The notes below the pieces were generated by a model that saw nothing but the letters and a program-made list of their open reading frames with translations, had not been told where the DNA came from and ran no database searches. Positions 39,615 through 48,540 of a stretch of 64,000 bases of DNA are shown piece after piece (the stretch's first letter is position 1; the number at the start of each line of letters is the position of its first letter). A program made the position numbers and the translations under genes. Origin of the DNA: an uncultured bacterium (GTDB lineage: Bacteria; Babelota; Babeliae; Babelales; JABCYS01); assembly GCA_963705705.1 (NCBI GenBank), contig CAVPKK010000007.1, forward strand, positions 64,001 to 128,000, written 5' to 3'.

Positions 39615-40558
39615 GACGACATACCAGATGCTTTGGCTGACAAAATTGCAACAGCAGTAATTGCGCGCATATCGATTAACGGCTTCACACTGATTTCGTA
39701 ATTAACACCAACTCGTTCGGCTTGCGTTATGCGGCCCAGAATAAATCCACGTGGGAATAATAGTCCTTCACCGCTTGTAATTACCACATCATCCGGCTGC
39801 ACTTCAAATAGATGGCTTATATGGCAGAGCTTGCCATTGTCGGTGGTATTATTGCCTTCATAGATGCCATATACCTGATGTTGCGTACAAATGGCTGAAA
39901 CTTTGCATGAGCGATCGGTGACCAGCAAAACTTTGCTCAGGTGCTCATATACTTCGGTGATGCGGCCAATTAAATTATTTTGGTAGACGCACACCATATC
40001 AACTTCCAGGCCTTGGTCTTTTCCGCCTTCAATGATGAGGAAGTGAGCGTCGGGGGAGATGTTTCTGAGGATTACGGGGGCGAGTAGGTTGTTTGAGGAA
40101 TTATCTATTTGTTTAAAATTCCGGTTCAAGTCGCTCTCGCGCTTCGATTCTTCGATTAACTCAGAATGAGCGCGGTTTAAATTATTTACGATTTTTTGGT
40201 CGTCAGCAATGTCATCCAAATTTGTAATAACATCATGTGTAATTGTTTCGTAGTGCAACGCAGCATGTGCATTTGCCAATGCAGATTGTGTCCAAGCAAG
40301 TTCTTGTTGTACGTTGTCGAGTTGTTGTAGTGCCTGTGCCACGCTCATGCGTTGTCGTTTTTTTTCTTTCCAATAACTAACCCATGAAGATTGCATAGAA
40401 AGGATTGGCTGCATAATGCGCGAAGCGTATTGCTCAGCAGTGCCAGGTTGGTGTGAAAAGAAACGATTGGCAACAAAAAATACTAAAATGGCGATTATAA
40501 GAAAATTAAGAAGCGGTTCCTTGTGCAGATTCTTTATGTTCTTCACGCGACTTGCCAT
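39611..40558 (-). CDS. mreC: Rod shape-determining protein MreC with in-frame repeat insertion
   Basis: N-terminal TM, coiled coil, LIGRI...SKVLLVTD, VITSGEGLLFPRGFILGRI. Confidence 0.9.
   Translation of the reverse strand: MASRVKNIKNLHKEPLLNFLIIAILVFFVANRFFSHQPGTAEQYASRIMQPILSMQSSWVSYWKEKKRQRMSVAQALQQLDNVQQELAWTQSALANAHAALHYETITHDVITNLDDIADDQKIVNNLNRAHSELIEESKRESDLNRNFKQIDNSSNNLLAPVILRNISPDAHFLIIEGGKDQGLEVDMVCVYQNNLIGRITEVYEHLSKVLLVTDRSCKVSAICTQHQVYGIYEGNNTTDNGKLCHISHLFEVQPDDVVITSGEGLLFPRGFILGRITQAERVGVNYEISVKPLIDMRAITAVAILSAKASGMSS
40138..40175 (-). repeat. REP-like element inside mreC
   Basis: Minus strand ccgcgctcattctgagttaatcgaagaatcgaagcgcg, translated RAHSELIEESKR. Confidence 0.85.
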
Positions 40559-43118
40559 TTACAATACGAAGATACAAACGTTTGGCAGATTCGATTGCCA
40601 CTAGATAAACAATGCAGAAGATACCAAAGTATCGCAGAAGTTGCCAATTCAATGGCACAAATTGGAAAAATTCTTGGCCCCAAGAGGTAAACGGAAGCCC
40701 AAGTGTTATGATTACCGAAAGTATCAATGGTGTGAGTAATGTGCGTGAAGGCGGTACTGCACGCCAGAATGGTTTATTAGAACGCACAACCAATAAGAAG
40801 ATCCCTTCTGAAAGCATACTTCCTACAAACCAACACGTACGCAATGTGGCAACGCCAAATTGGCTGAACCAAAGGAATAAAGAAAAATCGAATAATGAAC
40901 TGAACATACCCATGCCGGTCGTAAACATAGCAATATCTTTGAGGCTATACTGCTTTGGCTCTTTCAATTCAGAGGGTTCAACATAGTCAGTCGACAAAGC
41001 CAATAATGGGATATCAGAAAGAATGTTAAGCAATAAAATTTGGATAGGCAGTATTGGCAAATAGTCTACGAATAATGAAACGATAGCCATCGCATAGAAG
41101 TTGCCAAAACTACCCGAGAGACTCACCTTGATATATTTAATAGTGTTTGCGAAAATCGTGCGCCCATGATGAATGCCATCAATAATTACATGCAAACTTT
41201 TTTTGAGCAATACGATATCGGCGGCTTCGCGTGCAATGTCGGCAGCGCCCTCAACCACCATCGCCACGTGCGCGGCATGTAATGCAGGTGCGTCATTGAT
41301 GCCATCGCCCATAAACCCAACATGCTTACCATGGCTCTGCAACAATTTAATGATTTCATATTTTTGGTGCGGAGAAACACGAGCAAAAATGGCATAATCT
41401 TGTACCGCCTCGGTCTTTTCACGTTCACTCAGTTCAGCAAAAATATCGCCCATCATCACATCTTGAATAGATTTGCATAAACCAACCTGCACGCCCACAT
41501 AGCCGGCAACCTCAGGGCTATCACCGGTAAGGATTTTAATTTTTATACCAAGCTCTTGCGCAGATTTAATCGCAGAGAAGGTGCTGCTCTTGATTGGATC
41601 GACGAATGAAAGCAAACCAACAAAGGTAAGTGATTCCTCAGCTGCGCGCACATCGTCTGGTTTTGTTGCAAATTCACGTATCGCTATACCTATCACGCGG
41701 CGCCCTTCTTCTCCCTGATGAAACACAAATCGTTGAATGTCTTCACTTTGTTGTTGAGAAATATTATTTGTATGTTTAAGTAGCTCTTCGTGGCCACCCC
41801 ATACAATGAGAATGTATGAATCAGTAACTGGGTTATGAAATAGCTCACTGCTCCGTCTACGGTCAGGCTCAAATGGAATGAAAGCAACCGGCTGATGTGT
41901 GCACGCGAATTCTTTTGATGCATTGGCAGCGTGTGCCATAATTGCATCATCGAATGGCGATGCATTGGATGATTGACCTTCAGTACTACGGCCTGCACAG
42001 GAATGGTTGGCAAATAAGCAGGCGTAATTAAGTAATGAGTTTTGGGTAGAACCGACCTCATACTTATCAACCAATGTCAGTTTATTTTCCGTCAGCGTAC
42101 CGGTTTTATCCGTGCACAAAATATCAATACTTCCCAGATCTTCGATGGCGGTCAGTCGTTTTACGATTACTTTACGGCGTGCTAATTCCATTGCCCCTTG
42201 CGACAACGAAAGCGCGACAACCGTTGGCAATAATTCCGGCACAATAACAACTGCCAATGCGAGCACATAAATCCAATATTCAGGATCAAACAGCGGTGCA
42301 CCGCGCACAACAACGTGCATACCAATGGTGAGAATGCTGGCAACTATTACCATCCAGGCAATAAATCGTGAAAAGCGATTTATATTTTGCGTAAACAAAC
42401 TCTCTCTTTTTGATTCACTCAGCGTCTTCGCAATAGTGCCAAGCTCCATACGAGAGCCGGTTGCTAACACAACGGCATGGGCAGAACCAGATATCACGGT
42501 TGTAGAAGCAAAACAGAGATTAACTGCTTGATATGGTTGTTTGGGTTCTTGTTGCATAGCCGCATTTGTTTTTGCAACTGCAATTGTTTCGCCCGTGAGC
42601 GCTGATTCATCAACCTGAAAACCATGGCTTTGTATGATGCGCACATCGGCGGGAATGATATCCCCAGCTTCAAGGATAATAATATCGCCCGGCACAAGCT
42701 CGCGGGTAGGTATAACAATGACTGTTTCATCGCGAAGCGCATGGGTTTTGCTCACAATAAAATTTTTTAAATATAATAATGCGCGTGATGCTTTGTATTC
42801 CTGAAAAAAACCAAGCAATGCATTGATGGCAACGATCACAAGAATAATGCCTGCTTCAAGCATGTCTCGCGTCACAAAAAAGGCGATGGCAGCGGCACCT
42901 AAAAGTAGATAGACAAAAGAACAGTTAAATTGGCGCAAAGCTAGTTGGAACCATCCTTCTGTCTTTTGCACAATTTCGTTATAGCCATATTGCTTGAGAC
43001 GTTTTGTTACGTCTGCATCCTTAAGGCCCTCGCGCTGCGTCTCTAGGTCAGATAAAACTTGCTCTATGGATTGGGTGGCATACTTTGACAACATTTCGAA
43101 CTCCAACATTCTGCACAT
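40506..43118 (-). CDS. P-type ATPase, Mg2+-transporting (MgtA-like)
   Basis: LTGET, PELLP, DILCTDKTGTLT, GDGINDAPAL, GNFYAM. Confidence 0.9.
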   Translation of the reverse strand: MCRMLEFEMLSKYATQSIEQVLSDLETQREGLKDADVTKRLKQYGYNEIVQKTEGWFQLALRQFNCSFVYLLLGAAAIAFFVTRDMLEAGIILVIVAINALLGFFQEYKASRALLYLKNFIVSKTHALRDETVIVIPTRELVPGDIIILEAGDIIPADVRIIQSHGFQVDESALTGETIAVAKTNAAMQQEPKQPYQAVNLCFASTTVISGSAHAVVLATGSRMELGTIAKTLSESKRESLFTQNINRFSRFIAWMVIVASILTIGMHVVVRGAPLFDPEYWIYVLALAVVIVPELLPTVVALSLSQGAMELARRKVIVKRLTAIEDLGSIDILCTDKTGTLTENKLTLVDKYEVGSTQNSLLNYACLFANHSCAGRSTEGQSSNASPFDDAIMAHAANASKEFACTHQPVAFIPFEPDRRRSSELFHNPVTDSYILIVWGGHEELLKHTNNISQQQSEDIQRFVFHQGEEGRRVIGIAIREFATKPDDVRAAEESLTFVGLLSFVDPIKSSTFSAIKSAQELGIKIKILTGDSPEVAGYVGVQVGLCKSIQDVMMGDIFAELSEREKTEAVQDYAIFARVSPHQKYEIIKLLQSHGKHVGFMGDGINDAPALHAAHVAMVVEGAADIAREAADIVLLKKSLHVIIDGIHHGRTIFANTIKYIKVSLSGSFGNFYAMAIVSLFVDYLPILPIQILLLNILSDIPLLALSTDYVEPSELKEPKQYSLKDIAMFTTGMGMFSSLFDFSLFLWFSQFGVATLRTCWFVGSMLSEGIFLLVVRSNKPFWRAVPPSRTLLTPLILSVIITLGLPFTSWGQEFFQFVPLNWQLLRYFGIFCIVYLVAIESAKRLYLRIVNGKSREEHKESAQGTAS

Positions 43119-44134
43119 ATGTGCTTGCTTGCATCTTCTGGCAACCTCTCAGCTGATCCTGGTACAGAACAAACATAGTTCCAGGCAGCAAGTGCTGCCA
43201 TGCAACCGCTGCCGGCCGCTGAAAGTGCTAAGGTATATGGTCTGCCACCAGGCAATGTGGCTACCGTGCCTGCTACAAAAACTCCCGGGACAGCAGTCGT
43301 TGTGGGGCCATTAATAAGCAGATAGCCATTTTCATCACGTTCTAATTGTGGTCCACACCAATCTGATCGCCCTTGTTCGCCGAGAGCAAGGAAAATTCCT
43401 GCTACAGGAATGGTATCGGTTTGGGCATCGACGCGTACGCCTGTGACTTTGGTACCATCACCGACTATCTCCGTTACATTTGTATTAAAGAGTACCGTTA
43501 TACCCTGCTGTGAGGTTAATTTTTTGCACAGTGAAGGGCATACGCCGAAATCTGATTCGCTGCAAATCATGGTGATATTGGAGGTGTATTGCTGCATAAA
43601 CATGGCTCTAGTTATTGCAAGGTCACCGCAGCCCACCACAACGATCGCTTTATTTTTAAATAAAGGCCCATCACAAATAGGGCAGACCGCTACACCGCGG
43701 CCCCAATACTTTTCCTCTCCGGGGCAATGGAGCTTTTGCGGTTCAGTTCCGGAAGCAATAATGATCGCCCAGGTGGTAACTGTGATACCATCGTCAAAAG
43801 TAAGAACGTATGGTGTTTCAGAGAAATCAACGGCAGTAACCGTTCCCGACATAAAACGCGCGCCTTGCGAAACTGCATGTTCTTGCATTCGCTCAATAAG
43901 TTCAGGCCCTGTAATTGATGGCTCACCTGGCCAGTTTTCTATAATACCGGCATAAATCAGGTTGCCTCCTGGATCATCCCCATCAATGACCAAAGGAGAA
44001 AGCTGCATGCGAGCGGCACATAATGCCGCTGATAAACCAGCAGGCCCAGAGCCGACAATTACCACATTATTAATGTCTTCAGCAGTGGCGAACAAGGGCA
44101 AACTTAATATGAGCAATAAACGTTTTAATCTCAT
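43064..44134 (-). CDS. Thioredoxin-reductase-like flavoprotein with signal-peptide-like N-terminus
   Basis: IVGSGPAG, IENWPG, GRGVAVCPICDG, VPGVFVAG; MRLKRLLLILSLPLFATA. Confidence 0.9.
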   Translation of the reverse strand: MRLKRLLLILSLPLFATAEDINNVVIVGSGPAGLSAALCAARMQLSPLVIDGDDPGGNLIYAGIIENWPGEPSITGPELIERMQEHAVSQGARFMSGTVTAVDFSETPYVLTFDDGITVTTWAIIIASGTEPQKLHCPGEEKYWGRGVAVCPICDGPLFKNKAIVVVGCGDLAITRAMFMQQYTSNITMICSESDFGVCPSLCKKLTSQQGITVLFNTNVTEIVGDGTKVTGVRVDAQTDTIPVAGIFLALGEQGRSDWCGPQLERDENGYLLINGPTTTAVPGVFVAGTVATLPGGRPYTLALSAAGSGCMAALAAWNYVCSVPGSAERLPEDASKHICAECWSSKCCQSMPPNP

Positions 44135-44301
44135 CGATATCTCCGCAATTCCTATTTCTGTTGTAACAAGAACAAATTAATGCACGCAAGACTTTGCAGC
44201 CGGTCGCGAAATGATTGTTATACAGCCACCAATTCTTGAAACAATTTAGTCAATAATATGAAAATATATCTAATAAACCGTGGCTTAATTTGAGGATCAA
44301 G

Positions 44302-45135
44302 ATGGCTAAAACAATCTGGAAAGGCTCAATATCTTTGGGCCTACTGAATATTCCCATCGAACTGTATACCGCAGTCCGCGAGCATGCGATAGGATTTAAA
44401 TTGTTGCACGCAAAGTGTCATACACCTATTCGTAATAAACGATGGTGTGATACATGCAATAAGGAAGTTTCATGGGATGAAACTATCAAAGCATTGCCGC
44501 TAGAACATAAAAATGGCAAGGAAGCATATTTTTTAATCACTCCTGATGCTCTCAAAAAACTGCGACCAGAAAAAACAGATACGATTGATATTGTTGAATT
44601 CTTAGAACATGAAAATATCCCGACGGTCTATTACGATAAGCATTATTATGCAGGGCCAAGCAGCAAAGCAAGTGAAAAGGCGTTTCTTTTATTTGTAACC
44701 GCATTGAGCAAAACAAAAAAGGTAGCCATCGGCCGCTTTGTGATGCGTGATAAAGAATATGCTGTTTGCATGGAACCATATAATGGCATTTTATTAATCA
44801 CCACGCTTAATTATGCGTATGAGGTGGTAGCCATTGATACTATTCCCGCATTAAAACGAGAGCACGGGCATCTAGAAGAAGTTAAAACGACTACACAAGA
44901 GATGGAAGTCGCTCAAAAACTGATCAGCCTGCAGACGGTTAAGAAGTTTGATATATCCGATTTCAAGGATACTTTTGCCGAAAAGTTAAAGGAAAAGATA
45001 AAGGAAGAGGCCAAAGGTCATGTGACAAAGCGTGTGCCTAAAGAAAAACCGAAGGCAGTAAAAGGCGAACAGCCTTCATTGCTTAAACTGTTGGAAGCTA
45101 GTATTCCAAAAGGCAGGAAAAGCAAAGTCAAATAA
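44302..45135 (+). CDS. ku: NHEJ protein Ku
   Basis: IWKGSISLGLLNIPIELYTA, IDIVEF, YYDKHYY, LLKLLEAS, basic tail. Confidence 0.95.
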   Translation: MAKTIWKGSISLGLLNIPIELYTAVREHAIGFKLLHAKCHTPIRNKRWCDTCNKEVSWDETIKALPLEHKNGKEAYFLITPDALKKLRPEKTDTIDIVEFLEHENIPTVYYDKHYYAGPSSKASEKAFLLFVTALSKTKKVAIGRFVMRDKEYAVCMEPYNGILLITTLNYAYEVVAIDTIPALKREHGHLEEVKTTTQEMEVAQKLISLQTVKKFDISDFKDTFAEKLKEKIKEEAKGHVTKRVPKEKPKAVKGEQPSLLKLLEASIPKGRKSKVK

Positions 45136-45161
45136 AAGTCTTGCACAAGCAACATAACGGA

Positions 45162-45183
45162 GACAGGCTCAGGATGAGCGGGG
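45162..45183 (-). repeat. REP-like half element
   Basis: gacaggctcaggatgagcgggg. Confidence 0.65.
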
Positions 45184-45262
45184 AGGGTTTAAATTGTCAG
45201 ATGATGTGTTGCCTACAAATTGAGAGGGTTTGGAGGGAGACTCTCTCCCTCCCGAGAACGAT

Positions 45263-45298
45263 GGGGAGGGGTGTTAGGGGAGGGAACGGACCCTTAGC
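45263..45298 (+). repeat. G-rich 36-bp repeat, copy 1
   Basis: 35/36 identical to 56409-56444. Confidence 0.85.
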
Positions 45299-45377
45299 AC
45301 AAACCTAAATAACCAATTAAGGTGAATTAAGAAAATAGCCGTTCTTCTCAGTCCTTAAACTTCTCGATGAAATTGTT

Positions 45378-46283
45378 ATGGCTTATAAACTAAAACCAAT
45401 GCTCACCAAGCGCGGTGATAAGCATATACTTAAATCGCATGCTTATTTGTTTGAACCAAAACTTGATGGCTATCGCGCACTATGCGTAAAAAAAGATGGC
45501 AAGCTTCATTTCTACTCGCGCAACGGTCTTACTATGACCAAATACCCCGAACTGCAACATCCAAGCCTTATTAAAGCAAAATCAGCAATAGTTGATGGTG
45601 AAATTATTGCCTATGGACCAGACGGCATGCCGCACTTTCAAGCCTTGCAACAAGGCAATCGGGCCGTTTACATCATTTTTGATATTCTCGAGAAAAACGG
45701 CAAATCGCTGATTGATTTACCCTTAACTGAGCGCAAAAAGATATTGGCAAAGACAGTACGCGATGGTAAAGAAATTGAAAAAATATTTGATACTGCCGAC
45801 GGCGAAGCTCTGTGGAACCAAATGGTTAAGCATCATCTTGAAGGAGTTATGGCCAAGATACCGGACAGCAAATACTACCCAGGCGAACGGACGAGCGTCT
45901 GGCTCAAAGTTAAGATTCATGAAACAGTTGATGCGGTTATAGTTGGTTATACCAGTGAAAAAAGAAACATTTCTGCGCTCATATTAGGCCTGTATGATGG
46001 CAATCAATTGGTCTATATCGGCAAAGTTGGTACCGGGTTTAATGAAGAAAATATGGCCAAGTTGGAAAAAAAGTTTACAAACAAACACCGAGTAAAACCG
46101 CCAAAAGGCTTTGCGCCAAACAAAAAAGTTAAAGATGTACATTGGCTTTCACCGACCGTTGCCTGCGAAATCAAATATGCCAACGTAACAGGCGAAGGTA
46201 TCTTACGAGCACCTGTCTTTCTGCGCATACGCCATACCAAAACTGCAAAGCAATGCACAATCGACCAGATAAAAAAGGTTTAA
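45378..46283 (+). CDS. ligD: ATP-dependent DNA ligase (LigD ligase domain only)
   Basis: FEPKLDGYR, VDGEII, FDIL, EGVMAK, WLKVK, GKVGTGF, LRAPVFLRIR. Confidence 0.9.
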   Translation: MAYKLKPMLTKRGDKHILKSHAYLFEPKLDGYRALCVKKDGKLHFYSRNGLTMTKYPELQHPSLIKAKSAIVDGEIIAYGPDGMPHFQALQQGNRAVYIIFDILEKNGKSLIDLPLTERKKILAKTVRDGKEIEKIFDTADGEALWNQMVKHHLEGVMAKIPDSKYYPGERTSVWLKVKIHETVDAVIVGYTSEKRNISALILGLYDGNQLVYIGKVGTGFNEENMAKLEKKFTNKHRVKPPKGFAPNKKVKDVHWLSPTVACEIKYANVTGEGILRAPVFLRIRHTKTAKQCTIDQIKKV

Positions 46284-46352
46284 ATACCTTTTTTACAATA
46301 AAAAAAAGGACCCCGAATTACCGAAGTCCTTCTTATACAATAAATTGATTGG

Positions 46353-46628
46353 CTATCGATGAGAATGAGGTGGTGGGTTCATTTGGCATTCTTTGCCTGA
46401 CATACAGCGATAACTGTGTGCAAGTAAAGCGAATAAGCTTAATATACCGGCGATACCAATAAGATAGCCGAGGACAACCTTAGCGTGTGGGTGGTCCACC
46501 ATAAAATGAATATTATTAAAATCAAAAACATTAGCCGCTGCAAGCCCGATATTAATAGCAGCTAGTGCTACGATAAGCCACGTTAGTTTATAAACTAATC
46601 CGCCGCCTCTTGTCTGACACATACACAT
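46353..46628 (-). CDS. Small two-TM membrane protein (DUF378-like)
   Basis: LIVALAAINIGL...FDF...YLIGIAGILSL. Confidence 0.7.
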   Translation of the reverse strand: MCMCQTRGGGLVYKLTWLIVALAAINIGLAAANVFDFNNIHFMVDHPHAKVVLGYLIGIAGILSLFALLAHSYRCMSGKECQMNPPPHSHR

Positions 46629-46766
46629 AGGGTCTCTCCTTTGTACAAAGTATTATAAAGACATTACATTATCACTCTACTTAACCTTTTGATGGTTTTG
46701 CAACAGTTTTTATCAAAGACAGACATAATGGCGTTATTACGCCACTTTTACGAGTAAAAATAACAT

Positions 46767-47888
46767 ATGAGTATCCAAGCGGGCCTCGTCGGCCTACCCA
46801 ATGTCGGTAAATCTACCCTCTTTAATGCGCTTACCAAATCGTGTGTACCAGCCGAAAATTACCCTTTTTGCACGATTGAACCTCATGTTGCCATAACACA
46901 GGTGCCGGATGAGCGTATCGACAAATTGGTCGGCATTTATGGCAGCCAGAAAGTAATACCGGCGACGGTAACCTTTGTAGATATAGCCGGTCTGGTAAAA
47001 GGAGCTGCGGCGGGCGAAGGGTTGGGCAACCAATTCTTGAACCATATTCGTGAAGTCGACCTGGTTTTGCATGTTCTTCGCTGCTTTGATGACGGAAATA
47101 TTATCCGCACTGGATCTGGTCCGGTTGAAGATTATGAAACAATTATGGCCGAGCTGATGCTCAAGGATGTGGAAACGATCGATAAGCGATTGGCAAAGCT
47201 CCAGCAGCTTATCAAGGCCGCCCGCATGAAGCCGGCTGAGCTCAAAGAGTTGCAACTTGAAGAAGTATTGGTGCAGAAAATTAAGGATGCCTTAGAACGT
47301 GGCGATGCAAAAGCTGTTCGCACATTAATGACTCCTGCCCAGGCTAAAATCACCCCACTGCTTTCAGCCAAAGAGTTTTTGATCCTTGCAAATATCTCCG
47401 AACATGAGCTTGAGGGTGATGCCTATAAAAATAATCCGAACGTACTGGAACTCATTAAGACCTTCGGAGTCGACCGCGTGATTCCTGTGTGCGCCAAAGC
47501 AGCTGGCGAACTAGTTCGCCTTACGGTTGAAGAAGCCGCCGAATTTGCCCAGATGCTTGGCATGAGTGAAGATTACCAACGCAATGCAGGTCTGAAAGGT
47601 ATCATTCGCAAAAGCTATGAATGGCTTGGCCTTATTACTTTCTTCACCTGCGGTCCTAAGGAAGTGCATGCGTGGCCAATCAAAAAAGGTCTTACGGTTC
47701 GTGCCGCAGCCGGCGAAATCCATTCCGATCTAGAACGTGGCTTTATTTGTGCTGAAGTATTCAATTGCAAAGATTTATTTGAAGCGGGCAGCGAAGCGAA
47801 GTTGCGTACGACTGGTAAGCTGCGCACCGAAGGCCAGGATTATATTGTCCAAGATGGCGATATATTGAACATTAAATTTAATGTGTAG
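46767..47888 (+). CDS. ychF: Ribosome-binding ATPase YchF
   Basis: GLVGLPNVGKSTLFNALT, NYPFCTIEP, DIAGLV, AAGEIHSD, YIVQDGD. Confidence 0.98.
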   Translation: MSIQAGLVGLPNVGKSTLFNALTKSCVPAENYPFCTIEPHVAITQVPDERIDKLVGIYGSQKVIPATVTFVDIAGLVKGAAAGEGLGNQFLNHIREVDLVLHVLRCFDDGNIIRTGSGPVEDYETIMAELMLKDVETIDKRLAKLQQLIKAARMKPAELKELQLEEVLVQKIKDALERGDAKAVRTLMTPAQAKITPLLSAKEFLILANISEHELEGDAYKNNPNVLELIKTFGVDRVIPVCAKAAGELVRLTVEEAAEFAQMLGMSEDYQRNAGLKGIIRKSYEWLGLITFFTCGPKEVHAWPIKKGLTVRAAAGEIHSDLERGFICAEVFNCKDLFEAGSEAKLRTTGKLRTEGQDYIVQDGDILNIKFNV

Positions 47889-47891
47889 CAG

Positions 47892-48233
47892 ATGACCTCA
47901 ATTGCTCGTGGCATTACCAAATTCACTGAACGCGAAATCCAACACTTATTTGCTACCGCGCGTCCAGTTTTGCGCACACCAGCAATTGAAATCCGAACCG
48001 CGCCGGCGACATTGGCATATGGCCGCGTGCTTATCGTAATTCCACGCCGCGTTGGCACGGCGCCTGAACGCAACAAGATCAAACGATGGATTAAGGCATT
48101 GTTTTACCAAGAAAAATGGTACGCCGCCGGCCTTGATGCCATCATGCTCATCCGGCCCGCGGCTAAAGAATTGGATTATTATAAACTCAAGGCGCTACTG
48201 AGTAATATATATATTAGAATCAGAGCAAGTTAA
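47892..48233 (+). CDS. rnpA: Ribonuclease P protein component
   Basis: VLIVIPRRVGTAPERNKIKRWIK resembles the RNR motif; size and yidD adjacency. Confidence 0.88.
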   Translation: MTSIARGITKFTEREIQHLFATARPVLRTPAIEIRTAPATLAYGRVLIVIPRRVGTAPERNKIKRWIKALFYQEKWYAAGLDAIMLIRPAAKELDYYKLKALLSNIYIRIRAS

Positions 48234-48235
48234 GT

Positions 48236-48270
48236 CCGCTCATCCTGAGTTAATCGAAGGATCAAAGCGG
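48236..48270 (+). repeat. REP-like element
   Basis: ccgctcatcctgagttaatcgaaggatcaaagcgg. Confidence 0.9.
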
Positions 48271-48289
48271 AAAAAAGACTAATAAATCA

Positions 48290-48466
48290 ATGCGAATGAT
48301 AAATACATGCCTTACAACCCTGCTCACCAACCTTCGCCCGCTCCTCGGCCCGGCTGCGTGCAAATATCAAATCTCGTGCGGCAACTACGCTGTCCTCTTA
48401 TTAAAAACAGAACCGTTCTATCGCGCATTGCCCAAAATTGTTATCCGTCTATTTAGATGTATTTAA
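48290..48466 (+). CDS. yidD: Short YidD-like membrane protein insertion efficiency factor (58 aa, not in ORF track)
   Basis: Manual translation ...LRPLLGPAACKYQISCGNYA...IRLFRCI keeps the three YidD cysteines; follows rnpA. Confidence 0.75.
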   Translation: MRMINTCLTTLLTNLRPLLGPAACKYQISCGNYAVLLLKTEPFYRALPKIVIRLFRCI

Positions 48467-48471
48467 AAAAG

Positions 48472-48505
48472 AAAACGCCGTGAACAAATTTGCTCACGGC
48501 GTTTT
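48472..48505. terminator. Bidirectional terminator
   Basis: aaaacgccgtga...tcacggcgtttt. Confidence 0.75.
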
Positions 48506-48540
48506 CTAAGCATTACAAAAGATTGTATGCGTTTCTGTCT

